Of a stretch of DNA of 64,000 nt, positions 41,662 through 53,105 are shown piece after piece (positions within the stretch are counted from its first letter, which is position 1; every line of letters starts with the position of its first letter). The stretch spans positions 347,820,001 through 347,884,000 of the forward strand of contig NC_088791.1 of NCBI RefSeq assembly GCF_011386835.1, given 5' to 3'. The notes beneath the pieces were generated by a model. It was not told the origin of the DNA. It saw nothing but the letters and a program-made list of their open reading frames with translations, and made no database searches. A program made the position numbers and the translations under genes. The stretch is from Chrysemys picta bellii (taxonomy: Eukaryota).

Positions 41662-44600
41662 TTAGCACTGGATCTTCCGCACCGCCCGGGTGAATTTCTT
41701 CAGCTCCCTCTCCCCTCGCTGCCACCTCCTCACCCAGGAGATGACCAAGCGGCCGGCTGCCTTGTGGCCCATGGCCAGGACCACGGTCCCCTGCCCGCGG
41801 AGTTCTTCGCAGGCGCAGGTCTCGCCATGTGTCAGCCAGAGGACTGGCTTCTTCAGCTCTTCTTCCGACCAGCCTCCCTGCTTGTAGAGGGTCCGGCTCT
41901 TAAGCTCCGGGGTCACTTTCAAGTCTCCGTCCGCGCTGGACAGCGCTTTGATGCTCATTTTCAAGGCTGCGGGAGAGAGGGAGTCAGTGAGTGTTGAACA
42001 GAATGCAGGGAAACAAAGGGGGCGCTCGGCCAAACGGAAGCGGCTCAAAGGAATGACAAAAAACTCATCTGTGGAACTTGCTGCTGCAGGAAAGTACAGC
42101 GGCAGCCAGCGCAGTGAGAATTTTAGAAGGACTAGATGTTGCTAAGAGGAGCGTCTGACTCTGCAGTGACATGAGCTTAGGATATAACTGTAAGGGCGAC
42201 TGTAGTTGGCCCATTTAATGAAGCAGGGCTCAGTGTGTGCCCAGCTGGGCTAATGAAGAGGGCAGGGCTGCACCCTGGGGCTATACGAGGCCTCAGAGAG
42301 AGCTGCTAGAGACAGAAGGTGGGTCCTGGGAGAGGGTGGAGGCAGGAGAGCGGCAGACGGAGATGCCCGCTGGCTCTAAGTCGGAGAGCTGGAACCAAGG
42401 GCCAGAGAAGGCTGGAGGTAGGGGAGCAGCAGAGGGGCTTACCCACTGGATCTCCTTGCTGCGGGGCTGGGTGCCAGAGGAACCCTGGGAGGCTCCCAGC
42501 GGAGAAGCTGTGGGGTTTCCCGCTGGGAAGAGTGGGGCTGTACCCCAGAAGGAAGGACTGGGGTGGCTGTCCCAGCAAAGGTGGACTGTTAAGAGTCCAG
42601 GTCTGGTGGGAGACACCAGGATGGAGGAGGAAGCCGGGTTTTAAAGCCCACATGCACAGGTGGTGACATGGACGATGCTGGCTGTGGACTTAGGCACTGC
42701 CTTCTGCTAATAACCCGTGATGGACCGGAGGGCAGGCTTGTACTGAAGTTACTGGGGTCCAAGCGGGAAACTGAGGCGAGGGGCCGCTTGCAGAGCTGCC
42801 CTGAGGCCATGAGGTGCCCGGGAGGAGCGACCATCCCACGTGCCTCTGGGCGTAACGTGACCACGGGCAGGGATCAGGAAGGAGCTCTTCCCCACCCCTG
42901 GTGGAGACGCTGAATCAGGCACATCGCAGGGATGCCTGCCTTACGATGACCAGTCTGGGACCAACTGCTGCTCTAGGTGGACACTGGTCTGTTCCAGGAG
43001 GGGACAAGTTGTTTTTTGCCCCTCGCCCCCAGCCGCCCCCTCTCCTCTCAGCTGACGAGTCTGATTTTCCAGCTGACAGCTGCGGGGGAGCCCTGACGTT
43101 TTCGACTCACCAAAATCTTGGCTGCAGAAGTTTTCCAGGAACTCCTTTTCGCTGTGCCCTCGGCTGATACAGGCTGTGCACACTGCGTCTGGCAGGGAAA
43201 GAAACAGCTGCATTGAGAACAGCGAGCAAGGAACTGTCTGTGACAGCACAACCCAGATCAGGGCTGAAGAACGTTTCTTCGGTTTTACATAGAGCAGAAA
43301 TCACATCTGCCTCTCCTGGAAGCCTCTATGGATGACTGGAGAGCTGGTCTCTGTGCAATTCAACCTGATTAACGGAGATGCAAAGGGATTTTAACTCAGA
43401 TTTTGTAAATCTTTTTTTTTTATTTTGGTTTTCGCTAACAACCAGGGCCGGATGAACCTTTTGTGGGCCCTGTCAGCCCGGTCCGTGGCCACGCCCCACA
43501 CTCTGCCCCAAGGCCCCACCCCCGCTCGGCCTCTTCCCCTGAGGCCCCGCCCACTGCTCACACCGGGAGGAGAAGGCAGAGAGGAGCAGGCAGCGGTTGG
43601 GGGGGCGGGTAGAGACGAGCAAGTGGTGGGCAAGGCAGGGAAGGGGCAGAGAGGAGAGAGCGGGGGGCGGTACCTCAGGGGGAAGAGGCCGGGCGGGGGC
43701 GGGGGCGGGGCCTCAGGGCGGAGCACAGGCAGAGCAGTGGGCGTGGCCACAGTCCGGGCACCGGGGCCCCTTCTGAGTGTGGGCCAGACGCCACTGGTGC
43801 CATTGTAAACCCGCTTCTGCTAACACCTAATTGTGGGGTTACCAGATAGCAACTGCGAAAAAACGTGACAAGGGGTGGGGGGTAAAAGTCCCAAAACACG
43901 GGACTGTCCCTTTAAAAACAGGGCATCTGGTCACCCTAGCTAAGGGTCTCAACTGCCTGAAAACACTTGGAGGAAACCTCTCTTTGTTACGGATCCAGCA
44001 CCTCGGGGCTTTCAGACACAGCTTGAGAAAGCTCACAAGCCACATTCCTGTGCCCTTCAGTGACTTTTCCCGGCAAAACCAGAACTGACGTTCCTGATAT
44101 TTTAAGGTAAAACACAAAGTGAGAAATCAATCGTTTTTAAAAGGCACTTTTCAGACCTTCCTTATACATCCCAGAGAAACAAAAACTGGCATCAAGAAGC
44201 CAGGCTTTCCCTTTTGTCGGTCACCCGTCACTGAATTAAGCCTGGAAACACTGGAGTTCAGAGTCGGGAGGAAAGCTCCGAGAACGAGTCATGCTCTGAA
44301 AAACACCCCTCCCAGCGCAGTCTATTCAGCTTCTCAGTGAGACGCTTGAGATGCGGGACAGCTGTGACGATCAGTCGCAGACCCATCGGTGGCATCTCTC
44401 AGCAAGGCCTGGGGGATTTCAAATAAGGGACAGGTGGGCTTCTCAGCCTCGGCAGGCCGCTCACTTAGGAGAAGGAAAACTCCGATTTCAAACCAGAGGG
44501 TCAGGTGTGGCCAGATGACCTGTACAGCTCACCCAGGGGATATGCTCGTTGGCCTGGCGTATGACCGGGAGTTTTAGAAGAAGGCTATAAAAGTCGCCAG

Positions 44601-46247
44601 CCCCGACCAGGGCCATGTGAGGAGAAGAGGAATGAGAAGGTAGATGGGTGAGTTGATCATAGGGTGACCAGATGTCCTGATTTTATAGGGACAGTCCCGA
44701 TTTTTGGGTCTTTTTCTTATATAGGCTCTTATTACCCCCCACCCCCTGTCCCTATTTTTCACATTTGCTGTCTGGTCCCCCTAGTTGATCATGGTCTATA
44801 AGCACCTACATGCGGAGAAGACTGCCCATGCGGGAGGACTCTTTAATCTAGCAAAGCTCCAACAGCCAACGGCTGGACGCTGAAGTCAGCAAAGGTCAAA
44901 CTGGAAAGGGGACACAGATTTTTAACAGTGAGGGTCATTAACCATTGGAACCGTTTTTCAAGGGACGGGGTCCATTCTCAGAACCGTCACAGCGCGCCTA
45001 CAAGTTACGCTCTCATTCCACCGCAAGGCATTTGGTCCTTTGCAGGAATCGCTGGATGGAATTCCATAGCCTGCAGGAGCTGAGACTGGATCCCGGCTAA
45101 TCTTAAAATCTATAATCTACGCTGGCGACGAGGGTGATATAAATATATCTAGACCAGGGGGCGGCAACCTTTCAGAAGCGCTGTGCCGAGTCTTCATTTA
45201 TTCACTCTGATTTAAGGTTTCGCGTGCCAGTCATACATTTTAACGTTTTTAGAAGGGCTCTTTCTATAAGATACAACTAAACTATTGTATGTAAAGTAAA
45301 TACGATTTTTAAAATGTTTAAGAAGCTTCATTTAAAATTAAATTAAAATGCAGAGCCCCCCGGACCGGTGGCCAGGACCCAGGCAGTGTGAGTGCCACTG
45401 AAAATCAGCTTGCGTGCCGCCTTTGGCACCCGTGCCATAGGTTGCCTACCCCTGATCTAGACCGAGAGACCAGGGCATTTCTTACAGACGCGCTACGTTT
45501 CCAGGCCACTGCGCTCTGCCTGGCCCCTGGCATTTGGAGAGAGACTTAATCAAATGCTTGAACTTTTGGGGGGGCAGTAACGTGATACACAAGCATGCAA
45601 ACAGCTGCAGGCCGCACAGTTAAACAGGAACAGGCATCCAGCGACCCTGAACCGGAGCCAAAGCTTGATTGTGATGACCTGACGTTGAACCTTTGGTGCC
45701 TTTGCCAGGATCTCCAGGCTAAACACCGAGCGCCGCCTGGCTGCTTGGCCTCACCTTCCTTCGTGAGCTGGAGTCGGTCGTCCGGGCCGGCCAGCGGGAC
45801 GCACAGTTCGTTCCCCTGAGGGAACCTGCTGCAGTCGAACATCTCAGGCCAGGGGAAGCCAAAGGCAGCCATGACAGGGGTGCAGCCATCTCTCACCGCC
45901 TCGCAGAGGGACCTGCAAGGGTAGACGGGATCCTCCAGGTCGCTGATGCACACGGGGGCGAAGAGGGAGCACAGGAATTTCTTGGTGTCCCCGTGGCACT
46001 GCTTGGTGAGCAGCGGCACCCAGGAGGCGGCTTGCTGCAGAGCTTCCTTCATGCTCTCGTGGCCCAGCAGGTTGGGCAGACGCATCTCGTTGTACCCGAC
46101 CCCGTGGCAGAGGGTCATGCTGCTGGGGATGGGCTTGCAGCTGCTCCGCTGGGAGCTGAGCCGGGCCAGCTGGTAGGTGAAAGGAGCAGCCAGAGAAGGG
46201 GAGCGCCACGTCCACGCCACGAGGACGAGGAGCAGCAGGACGTCCAT
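41662..46247 (-). CDS. SFRP2L: Secreted frizzled-related protein 2-like (candidate Tlc/sfrp2l orthologue); exons 46247-45755, 43188-43111, 41966-41662 (876 nt, 291 aa)
   Basis: Signal peptide, Frizzled CRD with all 10 Cys (SCKPIP...MRLPNLLGHE...DTKKFLCSLFAPVC...AFGFPWP...LCVP) and NTR domain with 6 Cys ending RKIQC*. Two phase-1 introns. SFRP2-type diagnostic residues. Confidence 0.9.
43443..43819. mobile_element. GC-rich hAT MITE (SFRP2-like intron 1)
   Basis: CAGGGCCGGAT start, degenerate right TIR; TSD ctaacaac/ctaacacc. Confidence 0.65.
44660..44783. mobile_element. 124-bp hAT MITE (Tip100/MER96-like), inverted relative to 6663-6785
   Basis: TIRs TAGGGTGACCAGA / TCTGGTCCCCCTA; perfect TSD gttgatca. 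Confidence 0.88.
44810..45120 (+). mobile_element. Old CR1 3' fragment
   Basis: ...aaattcaaactggaa-like agcaaaggtcaaactggaaaggggacacagatttttaacagtgagggtcattaaccattggaac, followed by a degenerate CR1 tail. Confidence 0.6.
45155..45454. mobile_element. 300-bp hAT MITE
   Basis: TIRs CAGGGGGCGGCAACCT / AGGTTGCCTACCCCTG; perfect TSD atctagac. Confidence 0.88.
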
Positions 46248-46344
46248 CGGGAGCCGGGACGGGGACTCTGCAGGAGCAAAAGGAGGCCTCGTCACTGAGG
46301 ACAATTGCAGTTCGCTGGAGCTGCTAAATCTGGGCGGGAAGTAA

Positions 46345-46476
46345 GATTCATAGATTCATAGATTCTAGGACTGGAAGGGACCTCGAGAGGTCATCGAGTC
46401 CAGTCCCCTGCCCGCATGGCAGGACCAAATACTGTCTAGACCATCCCTGATAGACATTTATCTAACCTACTCTTAA
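46345..46476 (-). mobile_element. Young CR1 3' terminus with an 8-nt tandem tail
   Basis: gattcatagattcatagattctaggactggaagggacctcgagaggtcatcgagtccagtcc. Confidence 0.75.
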
Positions 46477-46785
46477 GATGGGACCGTCCTCCCTAGAGCA
46501 CCAGCCCCAAAGTCACCTCCGTCGTGTGAAATGTGTCAGGAGGCCTCAGTCCAGCCTGGTGCCCATCCCCACAACTGACTCCCTCCAGGCCCCCCACTGC
46601 TGGCAATCTCAGGTGAGCAGGCCAGGCTAGAATAGTGACTCTGCCCCTTCCCCCCTGAGAGGTCAGAGGTGAGGCACGTACAGTGCCTAGCGCAGGTGGG
46701 GCCTGGCCTGGGACTGGGGTTCCAGGCGTGACTGCAGTAATAGATGGGACAACCCTAGGGGAAGCTTGTCCTAGATACTAAGGGT

Positions 46786-46849
46786 GAAATCCTGGCCCTA
46801 CTGAAGTCTATGGGGGTTTTGCCATTGACTTCAGTGAAACCAGGATTTT
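46786..46849. repeat. Short palindromic (hairpin) interspersed repeat
   Basis: aaatcctggccctactgaagtctatgg...ccattgacttcagtgaaaccaggattt folds back on itself. Confidence 0.6.
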
Positions 46850-49800
46850 GCCCCTGCTGCTGTCATGCGTGGGGAGTATGTCAATCAAACGCCACCTCCG
46901 GTAACTCCTGGCATTACGGAAGCTCCCACGGCCTCCTGCACTAGCGCGGAGGTGCTGGTGGGGCAGGGGAGCGGCAAAGCAGTTTGTTTCATCAACACTC
47001 TTAACTTTGCTCCCCACTGAAATGCAGTCACCTCTGGGGCGGAACGCGCCAGCCGTTTATCAGCAAAGACTGGCACTACGTTGACGTTCAGGAAAGGAAG
47101 GGAAGAGTAGCCCTGGAGCCACATGAACCAGCCAGGAGCACCTGGAGGCTAAATCCAATCACCCAAATTGCAATCAGGCCAGGACCCCTGGGCTTACCTG
47201 CCCTGACTCTTGCAAAAAATGTTCTGGGACTTTTAACCACCATTAGTGGTAGCCAGGAGCTCAGCGCTTCCAGTAGCACAGCTCCTCCTAGCCCCCCTCC
47301 ACAGCCCGCCTCAGGCCTGGCTCAGACGGCCGTCTCCTCACCCACCAGAGCGACTGGTTGCCGCATGTTGGTGGTTCTCGCCACCGCTTGTGAAGCAAAT
47401 CTCCCTTCACAAAGGCCTTGTCTGTGCGAGGAAAACGAACACACGTGCTCAGCCAGGGGCAGCCGCACTGGTGCTCCCCGGGGCGCAAGTGCCGGCAGAG
47501 CCTGGGCTCAGGCCCTGCGTGACGGGGGGGGGGAAGGACACCTGAGCCCAGCTGCACCAGGGCGGGGACAGGGACACTTGCCTCCTAGGCGAGGCTGAAG
47601 GGAACCGGTTCCCCAGCAAACCTGGGCTTCCTGGGCTGTGCAGCAACATGCTCTGACAAGGACCTCGCTCCCTCTCCCTCCTCCGCGCCCGCAGAGCGGC
47701 CCCTCTCTTTGTTTGTCTCCTTTCAACCAGGAACGATGAAAGAGGGAGAGCGTCAACGATGTGGACTCCCAGGGTCTGATCTTAGCTCTGCCACCGACTC
47801 CCTGTGAGACCGTGGGCATGGCCCTGCCCCTCCCCGTGCCTCAGTTTCCCCCTCTATAACAAGCGGGAGAGTATATTGATCCCCCCACCTCCCTCCCTGG
47901 GGATCTGCGAGGATTAATTAGCTCATGTTTGTAAAGAGCTTTGAGAGTCTCGGGTCAAATGGCTGGAGAAAGGCCACTTATTATTGTTCTGAGCAGGACA
48001 GAAATCCCGCCTCCTCGGCTTTTCGCTTCTCCCAGCTCTGTTCTAGTCTCAGCTCCCACAGTTGATTCCCAGGGGGATTGTTTCCCTGTGGAGAGCAATG
48101 CACCTCGCCTGGCCTCTTGATCTCCACTCTGCTCTCCCGCCCAGCATCAACGGAGGGGACTCCCAGCCTCGACCCCTCCTCAGCCCTGTTCCCTTCTGGA
48201 GTTGTTTCATGCATGCAACTCCAGAAATTAACCCAAGGCAAAGCCATTTCCAGCCCTGACGGTACCTTCTCTGCTGGGATCCAGGCAAGACAATCTGGAA
48301 GCGGATCGGCACCTTTAGCCTCTTGCTTTAGATCCTTCCCCTCCTGGGCTTGCAGGGCTGGTAGTTCTAAGTGTCTCCTGCAGGAATTCTGACCCTCTTA
48401 TAAGAACCACAAACCCTTACCTGGGAGCTCCGGCTGGCTTTGTGAGCCTGAAACCAGGATGTTTATCCTCCGAAAATTATAGGTTTCGGTAACAGGAGCG
48501 TAGACCACAGGGATGTGTTTGGTCATGACCACACAAGTGCATGAATTTAACTGCAGGAAATCCAAGGCCTAGGAAGGGGCTGTAAAATCCTACCATGTAA
48601 TTATACCTCTTTTCTCCAGCACAATAAAAGCAACGCTGCAGGCGCTGCTTTCTCCAAGCCACCCACCTGCCTCATTGCTCCAGCCGCCCTGGCGAAGAGC
48701 CACAGAAATGTTCAATGGGTCCGATGTTAAAACCAAACCCTTATCTTCTCAAGCATCAGCGAGGGGGGAGGTGTTACCGCCATCCAGAGCTGCAAAGAGA
48801 GGCCAGAAAACAACCAAACACCCAACAGCATTGGGCTAAAGGCCCCTCGCCAGCAAAGGAAATCAGCAAAGAAACGGACTGAGGCAAATTGTTTGTAAGG
48901 GGGCGGGGGGATTTTTTTATAATGGTTTGTAAGCAAGTAGCCACAAAGAAATTCAGAACCAACTGTTGGTGGTGACCCCCGAGGCTGCTGAGGTATCTAT
49001 AATAAAATATTTTGCATTTCTATCGCATCCTTCATCCAAGTGATCTCCAAGCACTTTAATCATCCCTGGGAGGGGGTCACACCACTGAAGTCAGTGGATG
49101 TCCACCAGGGGATGAATTTGGCCCATTAAGTGACAAAGGCAAGGAAGAGAGGATGGGCTTGTCGTGAAGTCACTGGATTGGGGGGGAAGTCTGGGCTCTG
49201 TTCCTGGCTCTGCCATAGGCTCCCTGGGTGACCTTGAGCTAGTCATTTTGTCTCTCCGTGCCTCAGTTTCCCCATCTGCAAAATGGGGCTCTGACTCTCC
49301 CCCCCCCAGTTCTGCCACGGCACCTCAATCCTGACTTGACCCCTAGCTGGGAACCTGTCCTGAGCTAAGCCTCCTCACTACACAGTCATTCAGGGACAGA
49401 CGGGGACCAGCGTCCATGCAGGAAAGTGCAATTGCCCAGAGATGTCATTTACTGGGAATTTATTCAGGAGTCACCAGAGAGCCTGGCTGTGCAGAGCCGA
49501 CCAGACCAGCGCACTGAACCCTGGCCGCCACCAGAGAGAAGGGGAAGTTTTAGCAAGGTTGTGCCCCTGCCCCCGGGGCCTGGAACACCCCAGGGGTCAG
49601 AGTAAGTGGCTCGGGGACAGAAAGGGAAGTTGACGGGAAGGGCTGCTGGAGGAGTAGGTCTGAAAAAGTCAGCTTTTAGAATTAGTCATGAACTTGAGCC
49701 AAGCCGTTAATTACACTCCCCTCCTCTTAGGCATCGTGAAACTGAAGTTCCAGGCAGAGGAGAGCTTTCCCTGGTCCAAATCTCTCACTCCCCGAGACTC

Positions 49801-51126
49801 ACTTGGGAAACAAGGAGAACATTTGGGTAACTGCTTCAGACAATCACAGACCTTAGAGACAGAGGGGGACGAGCAGGTCGCTCGGGGTGGCCACAAGGGG
49901 GCCAGGAATAGCTCTCTGCAGTGGGTTTAACAAGGGATGGGGGTTGCACTGATGGGTAAAAAATCCATCTGCCTCTTTAGGGTGTGAGCTTCTAGAAGTA
50001 TCCATGGCCTTGTGGGTGAGCCACTGAGTCAGGAGATCTGTGTATAGTGCCAGGCTCTGACACTGATGCACCATGTTGCCTCGGGCAAGTCATCTGAGGC
50101 CACATTTTCAGAAGCGGCCATTGATTTGGGGAGCCCAGCATGAGATGCTTTGGGCCTGGTTTTCAGAAGTACCCACCATTCTAATGAGCTTGAAGAGGGA
50201 GTTCAGTCTCCACGGCCTCTTCAGACATTGGCCTCGGCACAAGGCTGCCAGCTACAGAGCCTGACTTGCACCCGGGTTACACACACAAACTGGGGGAATG
50301 CCCCTGCAAACAATAAACCCCTTTGTCTGTCAGGTGCAGGACCTGTGTGCGGGGAAACCACACCGCTGGCTTTTTCAAACAGCCCACACTTTGGTTCCAG
50401 TTCTGCTCCTGCTGGCATTAGCAACTCCCCTGCGGCTCTTTCTGTTATTTACTCCATCCCCAGGAAGTAAAGCCCCTCCCGCTGGAACTTAGTTGACAAT
50501 CTTGTTGACAGGGCAGGAGCCAGACTAGATTCCAGTTCCCGCTCCCATAGCTCTCCCAGGCTAGTAGGACTCAAAGCTTGTTAGCGGTAACATCAGCTCT
50601 GCAGGTGTGACTTGAAGACACATGAAAAGACGCCATTTTCTGACCACCATTGCCCAGCCTCGGGCAGCTGTGACAGCAAGTTACTGTCTGGAACCGCCTC
50701 CGATTATCATAACAATGCACAACTACTGAGGTAACTGCAGTACAAGGTGGTCAGCTAACTGCATGCACATAGTGCTGGGGAATAGGACTTGCAACCTTCG
50801 GCTCTGAGACTGTGCGATTCGTTGCAGTCTCCCGTCGCTTTGACGGACGAGCGTTCAGCCGGCTTGACTTGAGTTCTGGGTTTATTTGTGTTTATGGCTT
50901 CTCACGAGTCCGATCCTGGATTTGCAAATGCAAAGAGGTCTGTTGAGTGCCATCCAGGAGAGGGCAGTAGCGTGCCCGCTCAGCATATGCACCTGCCCAC
51001 CCATATACATCTGACACTAGAGTCCTGATCCGAACAACCTCACTGCAAAACTAATGCTCAAAAATGTAGATTAACTCCCAATGAGCAGGGTGCAGCTTCC
51101 TGGGAAAGACAGATGAACATTAAGTA

Positions 51127-51995
51127 GCTAAAACAACAAGGAGTCCTTGTGGCACTTTAGAGACTAACAAATTTATTTGGGCATAAGCTTTCGTGGGCTA
51201 GAACCCACTTCATCGGATGCATGGAGTGGAAAATATAAGAGCAGGTATAAATACTTGAAAAGATGTGAGTTTGCCTTACCAAGTGTGAGGTCAGTCTAAC
51301 GAAACTATTCAATTAACAGCAGGATACCAAGGGAGGAAAGATAACTTTTGAAGTGGTAATGAGAGTGGCCCATTTCAGACAGTTGACAAGAAGGTGTGAG
51401 TAACAGTAGGGGGAAATTAGTCTTGGGGAAATTAGGTTTAGGTTTTGTAATGACCCAACCACTCCCAGTCTTTATTCAGGCCTAATCTGATGGTATCCAG
51501 TTTGCAAATTAATTCTAGTTCTGCAGTTTCACGTTGGAGTCTGTTTTTGAAGTTTTTTTGTTGAAGAATTGCCACTTTTAGGTCTGTTATTGAGTGATCA
51601 AGGAGGTTGAAGTGTTCTCCGACTAGTTTTTGAATGTTATGATTCCTGATGTCAGATTTGTGTCCATTTATTCTTTTGTGTAGAGACTGTCCGGTTTGGC
51701 CAATGTACATGGCAGAGGGATATTGCTGGCACACGATGGCATATATCACATTAGTAGATGTGCAGAACAAGCCCCTGATGGTGTGGCTGATGTGGTTAGG
51801 TCCTATGATGGTGTCCCTTGAATAGATATGTGGACAGAGTTGGAACCGGGGTTTGTTGCAGGGATTGGTTCCTGGGTTAGTGTTTTTGTTCTGAGGTGTG
51901 TAGTTGCTGGTGAGTATTTGCTTCAGGTTGGGGGGCTGTCTGTAAGCGAGGACTGGCCTGTCCCCCAAGGTCTGTGAGAGTGAGGGAGCTAAGAG
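51127..51995 (-). mobile_element. 5'-truncated Penelope-like retroelement with GIY-YIG endonuclease remnant and terminal repeat
   Basis: ORF 51438-52034 contains RPVLAYRQPPNLKQIL...NVIYAIVC...MYIGQTGQSLHKRINGHKSDI...VGEHFN; the 3' terminal repeat matches 12178-12290. Confidence 0.9.
51181..51220 (-). ncRNA. Minimal type I hammerhead ribozyme motif with variant core (CCGAUGA)
   Basis: Minus strand reads GCAU CCGAUGA A GUGGG uucuag CCCAC GAAA GCU UA UGC. Confidence 0.6.
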
Positions 51996-52389
51996 TAAGT
52001 GGCTAGAGCGCTGCAGATCCCCACACAGTAACATAACTCCAGGAGATTATTCTGTGACAGTGAAATACTCAAAGCACCAGCAGGACTTTGCCAGTTACAA
52101 GCTGGAAATAGAAATCAAGAGACTCAGCCCACATGGAAACCCAAAGAGGAACAGCTCTGTAGCTCATGTGATGGAAGAGAGATTAAAACTGAAACGCATT
52201 TTCTACTCGACTGTTCAAAATATGAAGCAAGAGGGGAAAGCAGCTTCCTCAAATCCTCTCAGAAAACCCTAAAAAGCCAGGAAGAAAAATGGAGCTGAGT
52301 TTGGTTAGGAGAAGTGAAAGAGACAGAAAAATCCTAGGCTGGCGCCTCACTGAACTTCATTTCATTTTGGCAATTTCATCCCTAACTGT

Positions 52390-53105
52390 AGGAGTAAATA
52401 CATCAGAGGGGTAAATACCAGGGAAGGGGGAGGAGTTATTTCAGTTATGTGCCAATGTAGACACAAGAGCAAACAGATATAAACGGGCCACCGACAAGTT
52501 TAGGCTTGAAATGAGATGAAGGTTTCTAACCATCAGAGGAGTGAAGTTCTGGAACAGCCTTCCAAGGGGAGCAGTGGGGGGCAAAAAACCCTAACTGGCT
52601 TCAAGACTGAGCTTGATAAGTTTATGGAGGGAACGGTGTGATGGGACTGCCTACAATAACATATGGCCCATCGGCAACTGCTAGCAACAAATACCCCCAA
52701 TAGCTGGTGATGGGACACTAGATGGGGAGTTCTCTGAGTTACTACAGAGAATTCTTTCTCAGGTGTCTGGCTGGTGGGTCTTGCCCACATGTTCAGGGTC
52801 TAACTGATCGCCACATTTGGGGTCAGGAAGGAATTGTCCCCCATGTCAGATGGGCAGAGATGCTGGAGTTTTTCTCACCTTCCTCTGCAGCGTGGGGCGG
52901 GGGTCACTTGCAGGTTTAAACTAGTGTAAATGGTGAATTCTTGGTAACTTGAAGTCTTTAAACCGTGATTTGAGGACATCAGTAACTCGGCCAGAGGCTA
53001 GGAGTCTATTACAGGAGTGGGTGGGCGAGATTCTGTGGCCTGTGATGTGCAGGTCAGACTAGATGATCATGATGGTCCCTTCTGGCCTTAGTCTGTGAGT
53101 CTATG
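52390..53105 (+). mobile_element. CR1 LINE 3' fragment
   Basis: Remnant KFRLEMR*RFLTIRGVKFWNSLPRG...FKTELDKFMEG, then a CR1 3' UTR ending gatggtcccttctggccttagtctgtgagtctatg. Confidence 0.85.

Noticed and set aside
41662-46247. Identification as Crescent, Sizzled or SFRP2 itself
   Set aside because: CRD and NTR motifs match SFRP2 better than Crescent or Sizzled as recalled, but divergence and synteny argue against true SFRP2.
48400-48960. Repeat-free stretch with Fox/Sox-like motifs as an SFRP2-like enhancer
   Set aside because: Short motifs are expected by chance and conservation cannot be assessed without alignments.
51438-52034. 198-aa ORF as a host or domesticated nuclease gene
   Set aside because: It is a 5'-truncated Penelope ORF with no proper ATG, substitutions at likely conserved Cys (PRFQLC, QQYP) and an attached terminal repeat.
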